A DNA stretch of 64,000 nucleotides from Candidatus Parcubacteria bacterium (GCA_003599755.1 QZJO01000007.1:41221-105220); one strand, 5' to 3'. Numbered from the stretch's first letter, positions 43,791 to 53,766 are shown. Notes: generated by a model not told the origin, from the letters alone. Numbers and translations are program-made.

Positions 43791-45029
43791 ATGCTGACGA
43801 ATCGCTGGTTCATTCTCGTTGTCGCGCTCCTCGCCGTTGCCCTCGTCGGCGCCGCGGTATTTTTCATGCTCGGCCGCGGCGACGGAGAAACAGTGAGCGG
43901 CGATGGATTCTTCGGTAATCTGCCGTTTCTCGGCGGCGATAGCGGCACCCCGCCGCCTCCGCCGCCCGTATCCGGTAATGGCAACGGATTCTTCGAGAAC
44001 GGCGATCCGAACGCCAACCTCCGTCCGTTGATCCAGATTATTGACCGGCCCGTGCTCGGCCCCGTGCTCGCCAAGGGAGCCGATGGACTTTTGTATATTG
44101 ATCCGCAAAACGGCCACGTGCTCACCACGGATCTTCTGGGCGATAACGAGCAGAGTATCGTCAGCATCACGGTGCCCGAGCCGTTCGACGCGCGCTGGGC
44201 GCCCGACCGCAGCCGCGTCGTAATTTTTTCGCACGATGCGGGCATCGTGAAAAAATTCCTCGCTGGCGTCGCCACCGGCACGCTCTCGAAATTCCTACCG
44301 CCCGAAATCACGGCAATCGACTGGGCGCCGGATTCGAAACAGATCGCGTACCTCACCCGCCGCGCATCCGACTCGGCGCTCACCGTCGCTGACGCGGCAA
44401 ACCAAAAGCCGGCGGTCGTCTGGACCACGCCGATACCCGATCTCACGGTCGCATGGCTTTCCCGGAATACGATTCTTCTGCCGTCGCGGCCGTCAGGCCT
44501 GGCGCCGAGCGTCGTATTCAGCTTCAATCCCGCCACCAAAGCCGTCGCCCAGCTCGTCCAGGGCGTCAACGGCGCGGTGCTGCAGCCGCTCGCCGGCGGC
44601 ACGGCGTTTCTTTTGTCAGCCGCGGACCAGCGGGGGAATGCCACGCCGGTGACCCGCTATACGCTCGCCGGCGGCACGGCCGCGGCCCTTGGCGTTACCA
44701 CGATCGCGGAAAAATGCGCCTCGAGCGCGGATCAGAAAAAAATCTGGTGCGGCGTGCCGCGCGACGCCATCCCCGCACCCAGTCCCGATACCTGGTACCA
44801 GCGCGCTGCCGGCATTCATGACCGTATCGTCGAAATCGATGTCGCATCCGGCCGCGTGACCACGCTCTTGGACGGCAATCCCGATCTCGATGTCGCGGCA
44901 TTGTTCGCCACGCCCGATAGCCGGTATTTGTTCATCCACGATTGGCGGAGCGGCACCGTATGGCGGCTTGATCTTCTCCCGGCAACGCAATCGGATGAAC
45001 CTGCGGCGACGACCACGCCTGCCTCGTGA
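43791..45029 (+). CDS. membrane-anchored beta-propeller-like (TolB/PD40-like) protein
   Basis: TM anchor, Gly/Pro linker, repeated WAPD..(I/V)A(Y/W) segments. Confidence 0.4.
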   Translation: MLTNRWFILVVALLAVALVGAAVFFMLGRGDGETVSGDGFFGNLPFLGGDSGTPPPPPPVSGNGNGFFENGDPNANLRPLIQIIDRPVLGPVLAKGADGLLYIDPQNGHVLTTDLLGDNEQSIVSITVPEPFDARWAPDRSRVVIFSHDAGIVKKFLAGVATGTLSKFLPPEITAIDWAPDSKQIAYLTRRASDSALTVADAANQKPAVVWTTPIPDLTVAWLSRNTILLPSRPSGLAPSVVFSFNPATKAVAQLVQGVNGAVLQPLAGGTAFLLSAADQRGNATPVTRYTLAGGTAAALGVTTIAEKCASSADQKKIWCGVPRDAIPAPSPDTWYQRAAGIHDRIVEIDVASGRVTTLLDGNPDLDVAALFATPDSRYLFIHDWRSGTVWRLDLLPATQSDEPAATTTPAS

Positions 45030-45043
45030 GAAACGCATGAGAG

Positions 45044-45082
45044 CAAAAACCGCCGCCCCGATGATCGGGGCGGCGGTTTGTT
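45044..45082. terminator. rho-independent terminator after the T4SS-like operon
   Basis: caaaaaccgccgccccg-atgat-cggggcggcggtttgtt. Confidence 0.7.
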
Positions 45083-45092
45083 CGGTACGCAT

Positions 45093-45548
45093 TTAAGGAT
45101 ACGGCTTGATCACGACGCGGCGCGACTCGCCTTCGCCCACGGATTGCGTCGTGATATCGGGATATTCGGCCAACGCCATATGCACGATACGCCGTTCGAA
45201 CGGCGACATGGGCTTGAGCATGATCCCGTTCCGATACAGCCGCACTTTTTTGGCAACGTTTTTCACTTCCGTTTTTAATTCCTCCAGCTGATGGTAACGA
45301 TAGCCGTTTACGTCGAGAAAAAAATTTGGCCGATCGCCGCCGACCTGCCGTTCCGCGAGGCGGCGCAGTAGGTATTCAAGCGCGTAGAGCGTGCGCGCGC
45401 GCGAGCCAATAAGAAAACGCGCCTCGTCGGTGAGGAGGTTTACGTACGGCATGGAAAGATCCGGCAAGGATCGCTCCTCAATGTCCGCGCGGATTCCCAT
45501 CGTGTTGAGAATCCGCTCCAGATGCTCGCGAACTGCGGTTGCGCTCAT
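45093..45548 (-). CDS. khpB: Jag/KhpB RNA-binding protein (KH-like and R3H domains)
   Basis: R3H motif ERRIVHMALAEYPDITTQSVGEGESRRVVIKP; downstream of yidC. Confidence 0.8.
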   Translation of the reverse strand: MSATAVREHLERILNTMGIRADIEERSLPDLSMPYVNLLTDEARFLIGSRARTLYALEYLLRRLAERQVGGDRPNFFLDVNGYRYHQLEELKTEVKNVAKKVRLYRNGIMLKPMSPFERRIVHMALAEYPDITTQSVGEGESRRVVIKPYP

Positions 45549-46257
45549 ACGAAAATCGTCGGTGAATCCACGTCTGCTGTACTATAGCAGCCAGGTTAAA
45601 CGCTGTCCAGGAAAACGCGATCGCCGAGGGCAAGCCGAACGCGATGACGGTAAATACGATCGGGATCACATACATGCCCTGCCAGCGCATCATGCGGCCG
45701 AAATCATCGGTTTTGGTGCCCGGCATCTCGGGCGGCCGCGGCGCAAGATACGTTTGCAAAAATTGGGAAATGCCGGCCGCCAGCGCCATAACCACGTTCG
45801 GTTCGGTAAAATTGATAAGCCCGAATGCGATCGGATTGAACGCGTCGATGGCCGGCAAAAACGAATAGATCAGCGAGGGATCATTGACCGCGATGCCTTT
45901 GGAAAATACCTGGTAGATGCCAATGAATACCGGAATCTGGACCAAAAGCGGCGTCAGGAACGAAAACGGATGCATGCCGTACGACCGGTACAGCGCCATG
46001 GTGGCTTTGGCCTGCTCTTCGCGCTTATCTTTATATTTCGCTTGGATCTCCTTGAGCTTGGCCTGCAATTCCGGCATTACATACTGCGCCCGCGTGCTTT
46101 GCACGATGCTGCGATGCAGCAGCAGCCGCACGGCCACGACGAGCACGAGCGCGGCAAGTCCGATATCGTGATATGGAATTACGCTGTAAAAAAACGCGAG
46201 GCCGTTCAAGAGCGGCCGATAGATAATTTCCGTATACAGCGTGCTGAGGATGCTCAT
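45478..46257 (-). CDS. yidC: membrane protein insertase YidC (short form)
   Basis: MSILSTLYTEIIYRPLLNGLAFFY.. and conserved TM core; start at the ATG that overlaps the rnpA stop (ATGA). Confidence 0.85.
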   Translation of the reverse strand: MSILSTLYTEIIYRPLLNGLAFFYSVIPYHDIGLAALVLVVAVRLLLHRSIVQSTRAQYVMPELQAKLKEIQAKYKDKREEQAKATMALYRSYGMHPFSFLTPLLVQIPVFIGIYQVFSKGIAVNDPSLIYSFLPAIDAFNPIAFGLINFTEPNVVMALAAGISQFLQTYLAPRPPEMPGTKTDDFGRMMRWQGMYVIPIVFTVIAFGLPSAIAFSWTAFNLAAIVQQTWIHRRFSYERNRSSRASGADSQHDGNPRGH

Positions 46258-46628
46258 CGAGAAGGAGAGAATGCAATGCGAGAACGCGCTCGCGCCAGGT
46301 GCGCCGCGGCATCTGCGGCCGCAACGCGGAATGCGGCGCGCGACATCGTCGCTACCGGCGGCGCGGCCAGGATGACGATGCTGCGCGCCATGCGCGATGC
46401 GAGCGCCTCGTGGCGCGCCCATGCGGCAATGCGCCGCTTCGCCCGGTTCCGCACGGTGCTTTTTTTCGAAACCGTTTTACCGGCTACGACGAGCGCGCGC
46501 GGATGCCGGCCGAGATTTTCCGGGCCCACGATGATCCGGCCGAGCGGCGTGCTGACAGAACGGCCCTCCCGGAGGATGCGGCGCACGAGTATCCGATTCG
46601 GCAGATCCCGCCCCAACGGCGCGGGCAT
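46254..46628 (-). CDS. rnpA: ribonuclease P protein component
   Basis: ..LVVAGKTVSKKSTVRNRAKRRI.. RNR.KR motif; position between rpmH and yidC. Confidence 0.8.
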   Translation of the reverse strand: MPAPLGRDLPNRILVRRILREGRSVSTPLGRIIVGPENLGRHPRALVVAGKTVSKKSTVRNRAKRRIAAWARHEALASRMARSIVILAAPPVATMSRAAFRVAAADAAAHLARARSRIAFSPSR

Positions 46629-46631
46629 GCG

Positions 46632-46766
46632 CTACGGCGCAAGGCGCGCACGGCCTTTACGCCGGCGCCGCTGCAGCAGGCGGCGGCCGGCTGGCCGGCT
46701 CCGACGCGTTCGAAAGCCATGCACGCGCTTGCGATGAATTTTTTTCGGCTGATACGTTCGCTTCAT
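46632..46766 (-). CDS. rpmH: 50S ribosomal protein L34
   Basis: Manual translation [44 protein letters not shown] (44 aa); absent from the ORF track (shorter than 60 aa). Confidence 0.8.
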   Translation of the reverse strand: MKRTYQPKKIHRKRVHGFRTRRSRPAGRRLLQRRRRKGRARLAP

Positions 46767-47085
46767 GGGTTATGGATGGTTGATGCCGCCAGGCGACGTT
46801 CCTAGTATAGCGGGAATTCTCCGATGGATGCGAGTCCGAAGGAAGTGAACGCTATGCGATCCGTCTTCCACACACGATGCACAAGTTATAAACATTTTCT
46901 CGATTCTTTTCAAGTTCCCCGAAACAAAAGCTCTGGTATATAGTAGTGAGCAGACATTACGCATCCGACCGTATCCCATGCGCCGGGTCGAACCGGCCTT
47001 CGATTCGCCTTCGCCGTCCTTATCCATCCTCGTTTCGAAACCCGCTTCCGACGCGCGGTAGTGCGTTTGAGGCCATTCGTTCACC
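46767..47085. other. candidate oriC segment I (rpmH-dnaA intergenic)
   Basis: Lower-GC 319-bp spacer between divergent rpmH and dnaA; DnaA-box-like TTATCCATC at 47010-47018 and weaker TTATAAACA. Confidence 0.3.
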
Positions 47086-48471
47086 ATGAATCGAGAGGAT
47101 ATCTGGAAAAGCGTTCTCGCGGAACTCGAGCTCACCATCTCGCGCGCGAGCTTTATTACATGGTTCCGGGAGACGTCGATCGCCGACATGAACGACGGCG
47201 TGGTTACTGTGTCGGTCCCGAACGGATTCGCCAAAAGCTGGCTGCAGGACAAATACCATAAATCCATCGTCCGGGCGCTCCGCGGACTCGCCACTGACAT
47301 ACGGGAGGTGCAATACGTCGTTGGCGCGATCGATCGCCCAATGCCCGTCCTGCGGCCGAAACCCGTGCGGTTTTTCCCGCGCCCCGACGTATCGGATATC
47401 CCTCAGGATCGCCTGGAACTGCGGGATACCGTGGTAGATCCCGAAAGCGGCCTCAACCCGCGCTATACGTTCGAACATTTCATCGTCGGCTCGTTCAATG
47501 AGCTGGCGCATGCCGCCGCGCAAGCGGTGGTACAGAATCCGGGAGGCGCGGGCTACAATCCGCTCTTTATCTATGGAGGCGTAGGACTTGGCAAAACGCA
47601 CCTCATTCAGGCCATCGGCAATGAATTTCTCAAACAGAACCCCGGCCGCCGGGTCCGCTACATGCCGTCTGAGCGCTACATGGGCGAGGTGGTGGAAGCG
47701 CTGACGTCCAAGACCATGAATGACCTCAAAGAGCGCTACCGCGCCGTGGATGTCCTCATCATCGATGACATCCAATTCATCGCGCGTACGGAAAAAATGC
47801 AGGAAGAATTCTTCCATTTATTCAACTCCCTGTACGAGCGCAACAAACAGATCATCATTTCTTCCGATAAGCCGCCAGCCGCCATTCCGACGCTCGAAAA
47901 CCGCTTGCGTTCGCGTTTTGAGGGCGGACAGCTGGCTGATGTCGGATCCCCGGATATCGAAACGCGCCTCGCGATTCTGCAAACCAAGCTCAAAACGCGC
48001 AATGTAGCGTTCTCAGAAGACGTCATACGGTGCATCGCCGAGACCATCTCGACCAATATCCGTGATCTTGAAGGAGCGCTGAACCGTATTATTCTGCGTT
48101 CGTCGATGTCGAATGCGCCGATTGATGCCGAAGAAGCCAAGCGCATTCTCAACCAAGTGGTCTCGGCTCCGCGGCGATTTACATCGTATAAAAAGATCAT
48201 CCGCGCGGTCGCGGAATTCTATGACGTATCAGAAAAAGACCTTATCAATCGCAGTCGGAGAAAAGAGATCGTAAAACCCCGCCAAATCGCCATGTACCTC
48301 ATGCGGGATGAACTAAAATGTTCGTTTCCGTTCATTGGGGAGAAGCTCGGGAAAAAAGATCATACCACCGCCATCCACGCGTTTAAAAAAATCATGAACG
48401 ACCTTACCGTCGACCCCACGCTTGAGGTAGAGCTGAAATCAGTGCGAGAAAAAATTTATACTAACCCTTGA
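47086..48471 (+). CDS. dnaA: chromosomal replication initiator DnaA
   Basis: Walker A GGVGLGKTHLIQAIGNEF, sensor and box VII regions, C-terminal HTH (..HTTAIHAFKKI); 461 aa. Confidence 0.95.
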   Translation: MNREDIWKSVLAELELTISRASFITWFRETSIADMNDGVVTVSVPNGFAKSWLQDKYHKSIVRALRGLATDIREVQYVVGAIDRPMPVLRPKPVRFFPRPDVSDIPQDRLELRDTVVDPESGLNPRYTFEHFIVGSFNELAHAAAQAVVQNPGGAGYNPLFIYGGVGLGKTHLIQAIGNEFLKQNPGRRVRYMPSERYMGEVVEALTSKTMNDLKERYRAVDVLIIDDIQFIARTEKMQEEFFHLFNSLYERNKQIIISSDKPPAAIPTLENRLRSRFEGGQLADVGSPDIETRLAILQTKLKTRNVAFSEDVIRCIAETISTNIRDLEGALNRIILRSSMSNAPIDAEEAKRILNQVVSAPRRFTSYKKIIRAVAEFYDVSEKDLINRSRRKEIVKPRQIAMYLMRDELKCSFPFIGEKLGKKDHTTAIHAFKKIMNDLTVDPTLEVELKSVREKIYTNP

Positions 48472-48676
48472 GTTACTTGGGGAAAACACGGTGACGGTTG
48501 ATGATATAAATTCTTACAGAAAAATTCTTCTCCTCTCTATCCCCGCAGCCGTCCACACCCTATACCATAGCTGCAACGCTTTAAAACCCGCGCGCCATCT
48601 ATCCAATCCATCGCTATCCCGATATTATTCATCCCTAACAACCACAACAATAAAATTATATACGTACGGTATTGTT
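48472..48676. other. candidate oriC segment II (dnaA-dnaN intergenic)
   Basis: 205-bp AT-rich spacer with several degenerate DnaA boxes (cTATCCAAt, cTATCCCGa, gTCCACA) and an AT-rich tract aacaataaaattatatacgta. Confidence 0.35.
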
Positions 48677-49771
48677 ATGAAATTTACTTCTACGCTTGAA
48701 CACCTCAAAAACGCCGTACAAACCGTTGAGCGATTCAGTGGGCGCCATATCACGTTGCCAATTCTTGCGCATATTCTTATCGTGGTAAAAGAGCGGGGCA
48801 TCGCATTACGCGCGACGAATCTTGAAATGGGGATTGAATATACTATTCCGGGAAAAACACTAAAGGTCGGCGCTACTACCGTGCCCGCCCGATCGTTTTC
48901 ACAAATTCTTCAGTCCTTGCGTGATGATACGGTCACGCTGGAAGCGGAAAAGCAACACCTCGCCATTACTACGCAAAATACGAATGCGACGCTATTCGGC
49001 TTAAATGCCGATGAATTTCCCGTTTTGCCGGCGATTAAAGAGGAAACGAAATTTTCACTCGATACGATATTATTTACCGGCGCTCTGGAACGCATTATTC
49101 CCGCCGCGGCAACGTCTGATCTTAAACCCCAGCTCAACGGCGTATACCTGGCGGTTAAGCCGGGCACAATTACCCTTGCGGCAACCGACTCATTCCGGCT
49201 TGCGGAGCAGACGCTTGCCGTACCTGAGATCAAAGATACGAGCGTGGAATGTATCTTGCCGCTCCGCACCGCGCAGGAACTTTTGCATACGTTGCCCGCG
49301 GAAGGAACGCTCGCGATCGGCATCGGTGAACACCAGATTGTGTTTCGCGCGGGGAACGTAGAAATCGTTTCGCGTCTTATTGATGGCGCGTATCCGCCGT
49401 ATCGCGCTATTATCCCGAAAACCTATGAAACGAATACCGTCATCAAGCGCGACGACCTGATCCAGCGCATCCGGCTTGCCGCTATTTTTTCGAGCCGGCT
49501 GAATGAAGTGAGTTTAGAAGTAGGGCCCCAAGAGATCGCGGTCGCGACCTCGAACAGCGAAACGGGTTCGTCCACCACGCGGCTTGCCGCCAAAGGAAAG
49601 GGGAAGACCGGGTCGGTCCTGTTCAATCATCGGTATCTCGTCGACGGCTTAGCAGCGGCCGGCGGCGAGCACGTCACGCTGAACCTCAACGGTTCGGGCG
49701 GCGCGGCGCTGATCCAAAATCCGAATGACTCATCATTTCTCTATCTCTTGATGCCGATCCGCTCCGCCTAG
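48677..49771 (+). CDS. dnaN: DNA polymerase III beta sliding clamp
   Basis: MKFTSTLEHLKNAVQTVERF.. three-domain clamp, 365 aa from the internal ATG; ORF-track upstream extension is AT-rich spacer. Confidence 0.9.
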   Translation: MKFTSTLEHLKNAVQTVERFSGRHITLPILAHILIVVKERGIALRATNLEMGIEYTIPGKTLKVGATTVPARSFSQILQSLRDDTVTLEAEKQHLAITTQNTNATLFGLNADEFPVLPAIKEETKFSLDTILFTGALERIIPAAATSDLKPQLNGVYLAVKPGTITLAATDSFRLAEQTLAVPEIKDTSVECILPLRTAQELLHTLPAEGTLAIGIGEHQIVFRAGNVEIVSRLIDGAYPPYRAIIPKTYETNTVIKRDDLIQRIRLAAIFSSRLNEVSLEVGPQEIAVATSNSETGSSTTRLAAKGKGKTGSVLFNHRYLVDGLAAAGGEHVTLNLNGSGGAALIQNPNDSSFLYLLMPIRSA

Positions 49772-49778
49772 CATTCAT

Positions 49779-49810
49779 CAAACCGCCCGGGAATCACCCG
49801 GGCGGTTTGA
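49779..49810. terminator. bidirectional terminator between dnaN and the convergent PBP gene
   Basis: caaaccgcccggg-aatca-cccgggcggtttga. Confidence 0.65.
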
Positions 49811-49811
49811 T

Positions 49812-52358
49812 TTAGGGAATCGCGACGCTTGCGCGTCCCATGTTCCCGTACGGATCATAGGCCCGCACTTCAAGTATGCTGGATGCCGAGGGAAGTTCGG
49901 CTTGCGATATGCGAAATTCGATTTGCGGGGGCGGCGATTGGCGAGACAAGAGAATCCGTTCGCCGGCAACCACAAGCACTTCGCGCACGCCGTGGGGCGC
50001 GGTCATTCCGACGCGCAGTACGACGCCTGAGTCATCCGGCGGGGAAATCTTTTCGACGCTCACCTGCGGCTGTTTTTCGGGCGTATGGATATCGTCGCTT
50101 TCGCGCGGTATCTCGGCGACGGGGCGGACCGTAAATCCGCTCGCGCCGAGCCATCCCCGGAACGCGGCCTCCCAATTTTCGTATTGCGGATCGCGGGTCG
50201 GATCATCCGGTGCGGGGCCGCTCGGGTCGCGCCGATCGATCCAGTACAGGGGATCGTGCGGCTCGCCGTACGCGACTTCGCGGCGGAGTTCGGGCGGCGT
50301 GAAGGGCGTGGCCAGCTTCTGGGAAACGCTATCAATGGTGATGATCTGGCCGCCCTGCCAGATACCGCGGAGGATTGGCTTGTCCGTTTCTTGGGACTCG
50401 GGCGGAGTGAATTCGGCCGGCTGTATGTGATTGAGCGCGAATGCCATGAAGTCGTGCCATGCGGGCGCTGCGGCCATAACACCCGATCCTTCTTGCTGGA
50501 TCGGGTCGTTGTTGCTGTTGCCCACCCAGACGCCGATGGCGACGCGCGGGGTATAGCCGACGGTCCATGCATCGCGATAGTCCTGCGTGGTGCCGGTTTT
50601 TGCCGCGACTTTGACATCGGGGAAATAGAGCGATGAGCGCGGCTGGAACGTCGGTATGCGGGCGTCATTGTCGGAGAGCACGTCATTGACGATGCGCGCG
50701 ACGTTTTGGTCTATCACGAGGTGGCCATCAATTTTCTTTTCTTCCAGAATTTCCCCGCTCGCACTTTTGACCGAAAGGATCGCGGACGGCGCATGGCGCA
50801 CGCCGTCGTTCGCGAATACGCCATACGCGCTGACCATATCCAGTAATCGCACTTCGGCGCCGCCGAGCACGAGCGATAGGCCGTATCGGCGCGCATCGCC
50901 GAGCGTCGTGATGCCGAGAGCCGATGCAGTGCGCATGGCATCGTCAACGCCGGTCAAATACAAAAGTTTTACTGAAGGAACGTTCAGGGACTGCGCGATG
51001 GATTGGCGCAGGGTCACCGGCCCGCGGAACGTGTTGTCGTAGTTCCGGGGATGATAGCAATCTTCGGGATTGGCCCCGCTCTGGGGTCGGGGCAGGCCAT
51101 CAGGACCGCATCGGGTGTTGAATTCCGTAAAGACGTCGAACAGGACCGTATCGGGCGTGAACCCTTTTTCGAATGCCGCGGCGTATACGAACGGCTTGAA
51201 CGCCGAGCCCGGCTGGCGGAGGCGCAACGCGGCATTTACTTGCGGATCGAGGAGGCAGGAGACGCCGGGCGCGCAACCCTTGGGCTCGGGATCGGAGAAA
51301 TATTTTTCGGCCGCCGAGCCGACCATGGCCAAAATATCGCCCGTCGTGGGATCGACCGCCACGAGCGCCATATTATGGGCTTTGATCAAGGTTTCGTTCC
51401 GCTCGCCGTATTCTCGGACGACGCGCTCGGCTTCTTCCTGCCATTCCCAATCAAGCGTCGTGGTCACGATAAGCCCGCCGCGCTCCAATTCCTCTTGGCC
51501 GTACCGTTCGGCAAGATACTCGCGCACGTGCATGACAAAATGCGGCGCACGCATGTCGTCGGTTGGTTCGAGAAATTTGAGTTCTTCGGCCTTGGCCGCG
51601 GCCGCTTCCGCGTCGGTAATGAAATCGAGCGCGGCCATGCGGTCGATGACGTAGTTTTTGCGGGCGAAGAGATCCTCTTGGTGCTGCCCGTACGGCGAGT
51701 AATACGAAGGCGCTTGGGGCAGCGACGCCAAGAGCGCCGCTTGAGCAGTCGTGAGGTCCTTCGCATCCTTGCCGAAGAAGGTTTCTGCCGCGGCCTCGAT
51801 GCCGTAGGCGTTGGAACCGTAGGGGATTTGGTTCAGATAGGCGGCGAAAATTTGGTCCTTGGGAAACCGCGCATCCAAGGCGATCGCGAGGATCGCTTCT
51901 TTGAATTTCCGGGTCCAGCTTTGCTCGTCGGTCAAAAACGATTTCTTGATGAGCTGCTGGGTGATGGTCGATCCGCCTTCTTCGATGCTGCCGGCGCGCA
52001 GGTTCGTGATCGCGGCGCGCAGAATTCCGCGCAGCGACAGGCCGCTATGACTGTAGAAATTGGCATCCTCGATCGCGATGGTGGCCTCTTTGACGTGCTC
52101 CGAGACCTCGGAAAACGGCACGACGGTTCGGCGCTCTTCGCCGTGAACTTCGTAGAGTAATACTTTACCGGTGCGATCGTAGATCTTGGTGGACTGGACG
52201 ACGCGGCGCGCGAATAATTCTTCGGGTTGCGGGAGATTCCGCCAGATGACGGCCACGGCGATACCGCCCGCGGCAACGGATGCGAGTATGCCGATCAAGC
52301 CGATCCAGATGATCGTGCGGAGCCAGTGCCGCATATGCAATTTTCTCAGTCGAACCAT
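49812..52358 (-). CDS. class A penicillin-binding protein (transglycosylase/transpeptidase, PBP1A type)
   Basis: GT51 motifs EDANFYSHSGL and GGSTITQQL; transpeptidase SxxK/SxN/KTG motifs downstream; N-terminal TM anchor. Confidence 0.9.
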   Translation of the reverse strand: MVRLRKLHMRHWLRTIIWIGLIGILASVAAGGIAVAVIWRNLPQPEELFARRVVQSTKIYDRTGKVLLYEVHGEERRTVVPFSEVSEHVKEATIAIEDANFYSHSGLSLRGILRAAITNLRAGSIEEGGSTITQQLIKKSFLTDEQSWTRKFKEAILAIALDARFPKDQIFAAYLNQIPYGSNAYGIEAAAETFFGKDAKDLTTAQAALLASLPQAPSYYSPYGQHQEDLFARKNYVIDRMAALDFITDAEAAAAKAEELKFLEPTDDMRAPHFVMHVREYLAERYGQEELERGGLIVTTTLDWEWQEEAERVVREYGERNETLIKAHNMALVAVDPTTGDILAMVGSAAEKYFSDPEPKGCAPGVSCLLDPQVNAALRLRQPGSAFKPFVYAAAFEKGFTPDTVLFDVFTEFNTRCGPDGLPRPQSGANPEDCYHPRNYDNTFRGPVTLRQSIAQSLNVPSVKLLYLTGVDDAMRTASALGITTLGDARRYGLSLVLGGAEVRLLDMVSAYGVFANDGVRHAPSAILSVKSASGEILEEKKIDGHLVIDQNVARIVNDVLSDNDARIPTFQPRSSLYFPDVKVAAKTGTTQDYRDAWTVGYTPRVAIGVWVGNSNNDPIQQEGSGVMAAAPAWHDFMAFALNHIQPAEFTPPESQETDKPILRGIWQGGQIITIDSVSQKLATPFTPPELRREVAYGEPHDPLYWIDRRDPSGPAPDDPTRDPQYENWEAAFRGWLGASGFTVRPVAEIPRESDDIHTPEKQPQVSVEKISPPDDSGVVLRVGMTAPHGVREVLVVAGERILLSRQSPPPQIEFRISQAELPSASSILEVRAYDPYGNMGRASVAIP

Positions 52359-52556
52359 TGCGCAACGAGTATATCATGCCTGACGCCTGAATCCCAGCGT
52401 TCTTTCGCCCGCCTATCTTCCCGGCTGTGATATAAATCCAGGCGAAACCATGGGAGAAAAAGCTCATGAGGATGAGGAAAACAGCGTCTCCGGGGACGAT
52501 GGGCGGCCCGCGCCTCGCTGGCGGCTCCTCCGCCGCCATGGTACGCTCGATGGCGT

Positions 52557-53756
52557 ATGGCTGTCTCCCGCGCCGCCCGGCCAGATGAATTGATCGCGAT
52601 CCTGCGCGCTCGGGCGGGCGAAACCATCGACGCCGCCCGCTTGGAACAAAAGCTCCGTTCGAGCCGGAAACTCCGCGTCAAACTCGGCATTGATCCGACG
52701 TCGCCGCATCTGCACATCGGGCACATGCTGCCGCTGTGGTTTTTGCGCGCGTTCCAGGACGCAGGCCATCGCGCGGTCCTGATTATCGGCGATTTCACCG
52801 CGCGCATCGGCGATCCGTCCGGCCGGTCGGCCGCGCGGACGGCATTGAGCACGGCGCAGGTGAAAAAGAACGAACGCACGTATCTTGCCCAGATCGGCCG
52901 CGTGCTGGATCTCAAACGCGCCGAGGTGCGACACAACAGCGAATGGCTCGGTACGATGCGCCTGGAGCAATTCTTAGGATTATTGGCGCGGTTTCCCTTG
53001 AAAAGCGCGTGGGAACGGGAGGATTTCCAAAAACGGCTGGCTGCCGGCAAGCCAGTGCAACTTTCCGAAGCGATGTATCCGGTGCTGCAGGCATATGATT
53101 CCGTTGCGGTCAAAGCCGATGTGGAACTCGGCGGCATGGACCAGCGGCTGAACGTGCTTGCCGGGCGTGAATTACAAGCCGCGTTTGGGAAGGAGCCGCA
53201 AGACGTGGTGCTGCTGCCGTATTTGGTCGGACTGGATGGCAGCCAGAAAATGTCCAAATCTCTCGGCAATACGATTGATCTTCTCGATGCCGCGGACGTC
53301 ATGTTCGGCAAAGTCATGCGCATACCCGACGCGTTGATTCCGTCATACGCGGCGCTTGCGGCATGGCTTCCCGCGGCGGATGTAGATCGCATCGTGGCCG
53401 GATTGCAGCGCGGCGAAAATCCCCGCGATGCGAAACTCGAGGTCGCCGAGGGCCTCGTGCGCCGATTTTACGGTGACGCGGCGGCGCGCGCCGCGCGGGC
53501 GGCATTTGTGCGATTATTCTCGGCGCGCGATCAGAGCGGCGAATTCCCGGAATCTGCGCTCGGGCCCGGCCGCTACGCGGCGCTGGATATCATCGCGCGC
53601 CTGGGCGGTACGTCCAAATCCGAAGCGCGCCGATTACTCGCCGGAAAGGCGCTGGAGATCAATCAGCGGCCAGTGCTCGGAGCGGACACTACCGTGGAAT
53701 TGGAATCCGGTGATGTTATCCGCATCGGCAAAAAGAAGTTTTTCCGCGTCCCCTAG
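52557..53756 (+). CDS. tyrS: tyrosine--tRNA ligase
   Basis: HIGH-type HLHIGH, KMSKS, C-terminal S4-like domain. Confidence 0.9.
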   Translation: MAVSRAARPDELIAILRARAGETIDAARLEQKLRSSRKLRVKLGIDPTSPHLHIGHMLPLWFLRAFQDAGHRAVLIIGDFTARIGDPSGRSAARTALSTAQVKKNERTYLAQIGRVLDLKRAEVRHNSEWLGTMRLEQFLGLLARFPLKSAWEREDFQKRLAAGKPVQLSEAMYPVLQAYDSVAVKADVELGGMDQRLNVLAGRELQAAFGKEPQDVVLLPYLVGLDGSQKMSKSLGNTIDLLDAADVMFGKVMRIPDALIPSYAALAAWLPAADVDRIVAGLQRGENPRDAKLEVAEGLVRRFYGDAAARAARAAFVRLFSARDQSGEFPESALGPGRYAALDIIARLGGTSKSEARRLLAGKALEINQRPVLGADTTVELESGDVIRIGKKKFFRVP

Positions 53757-53766
53757 ATCCCATCGG

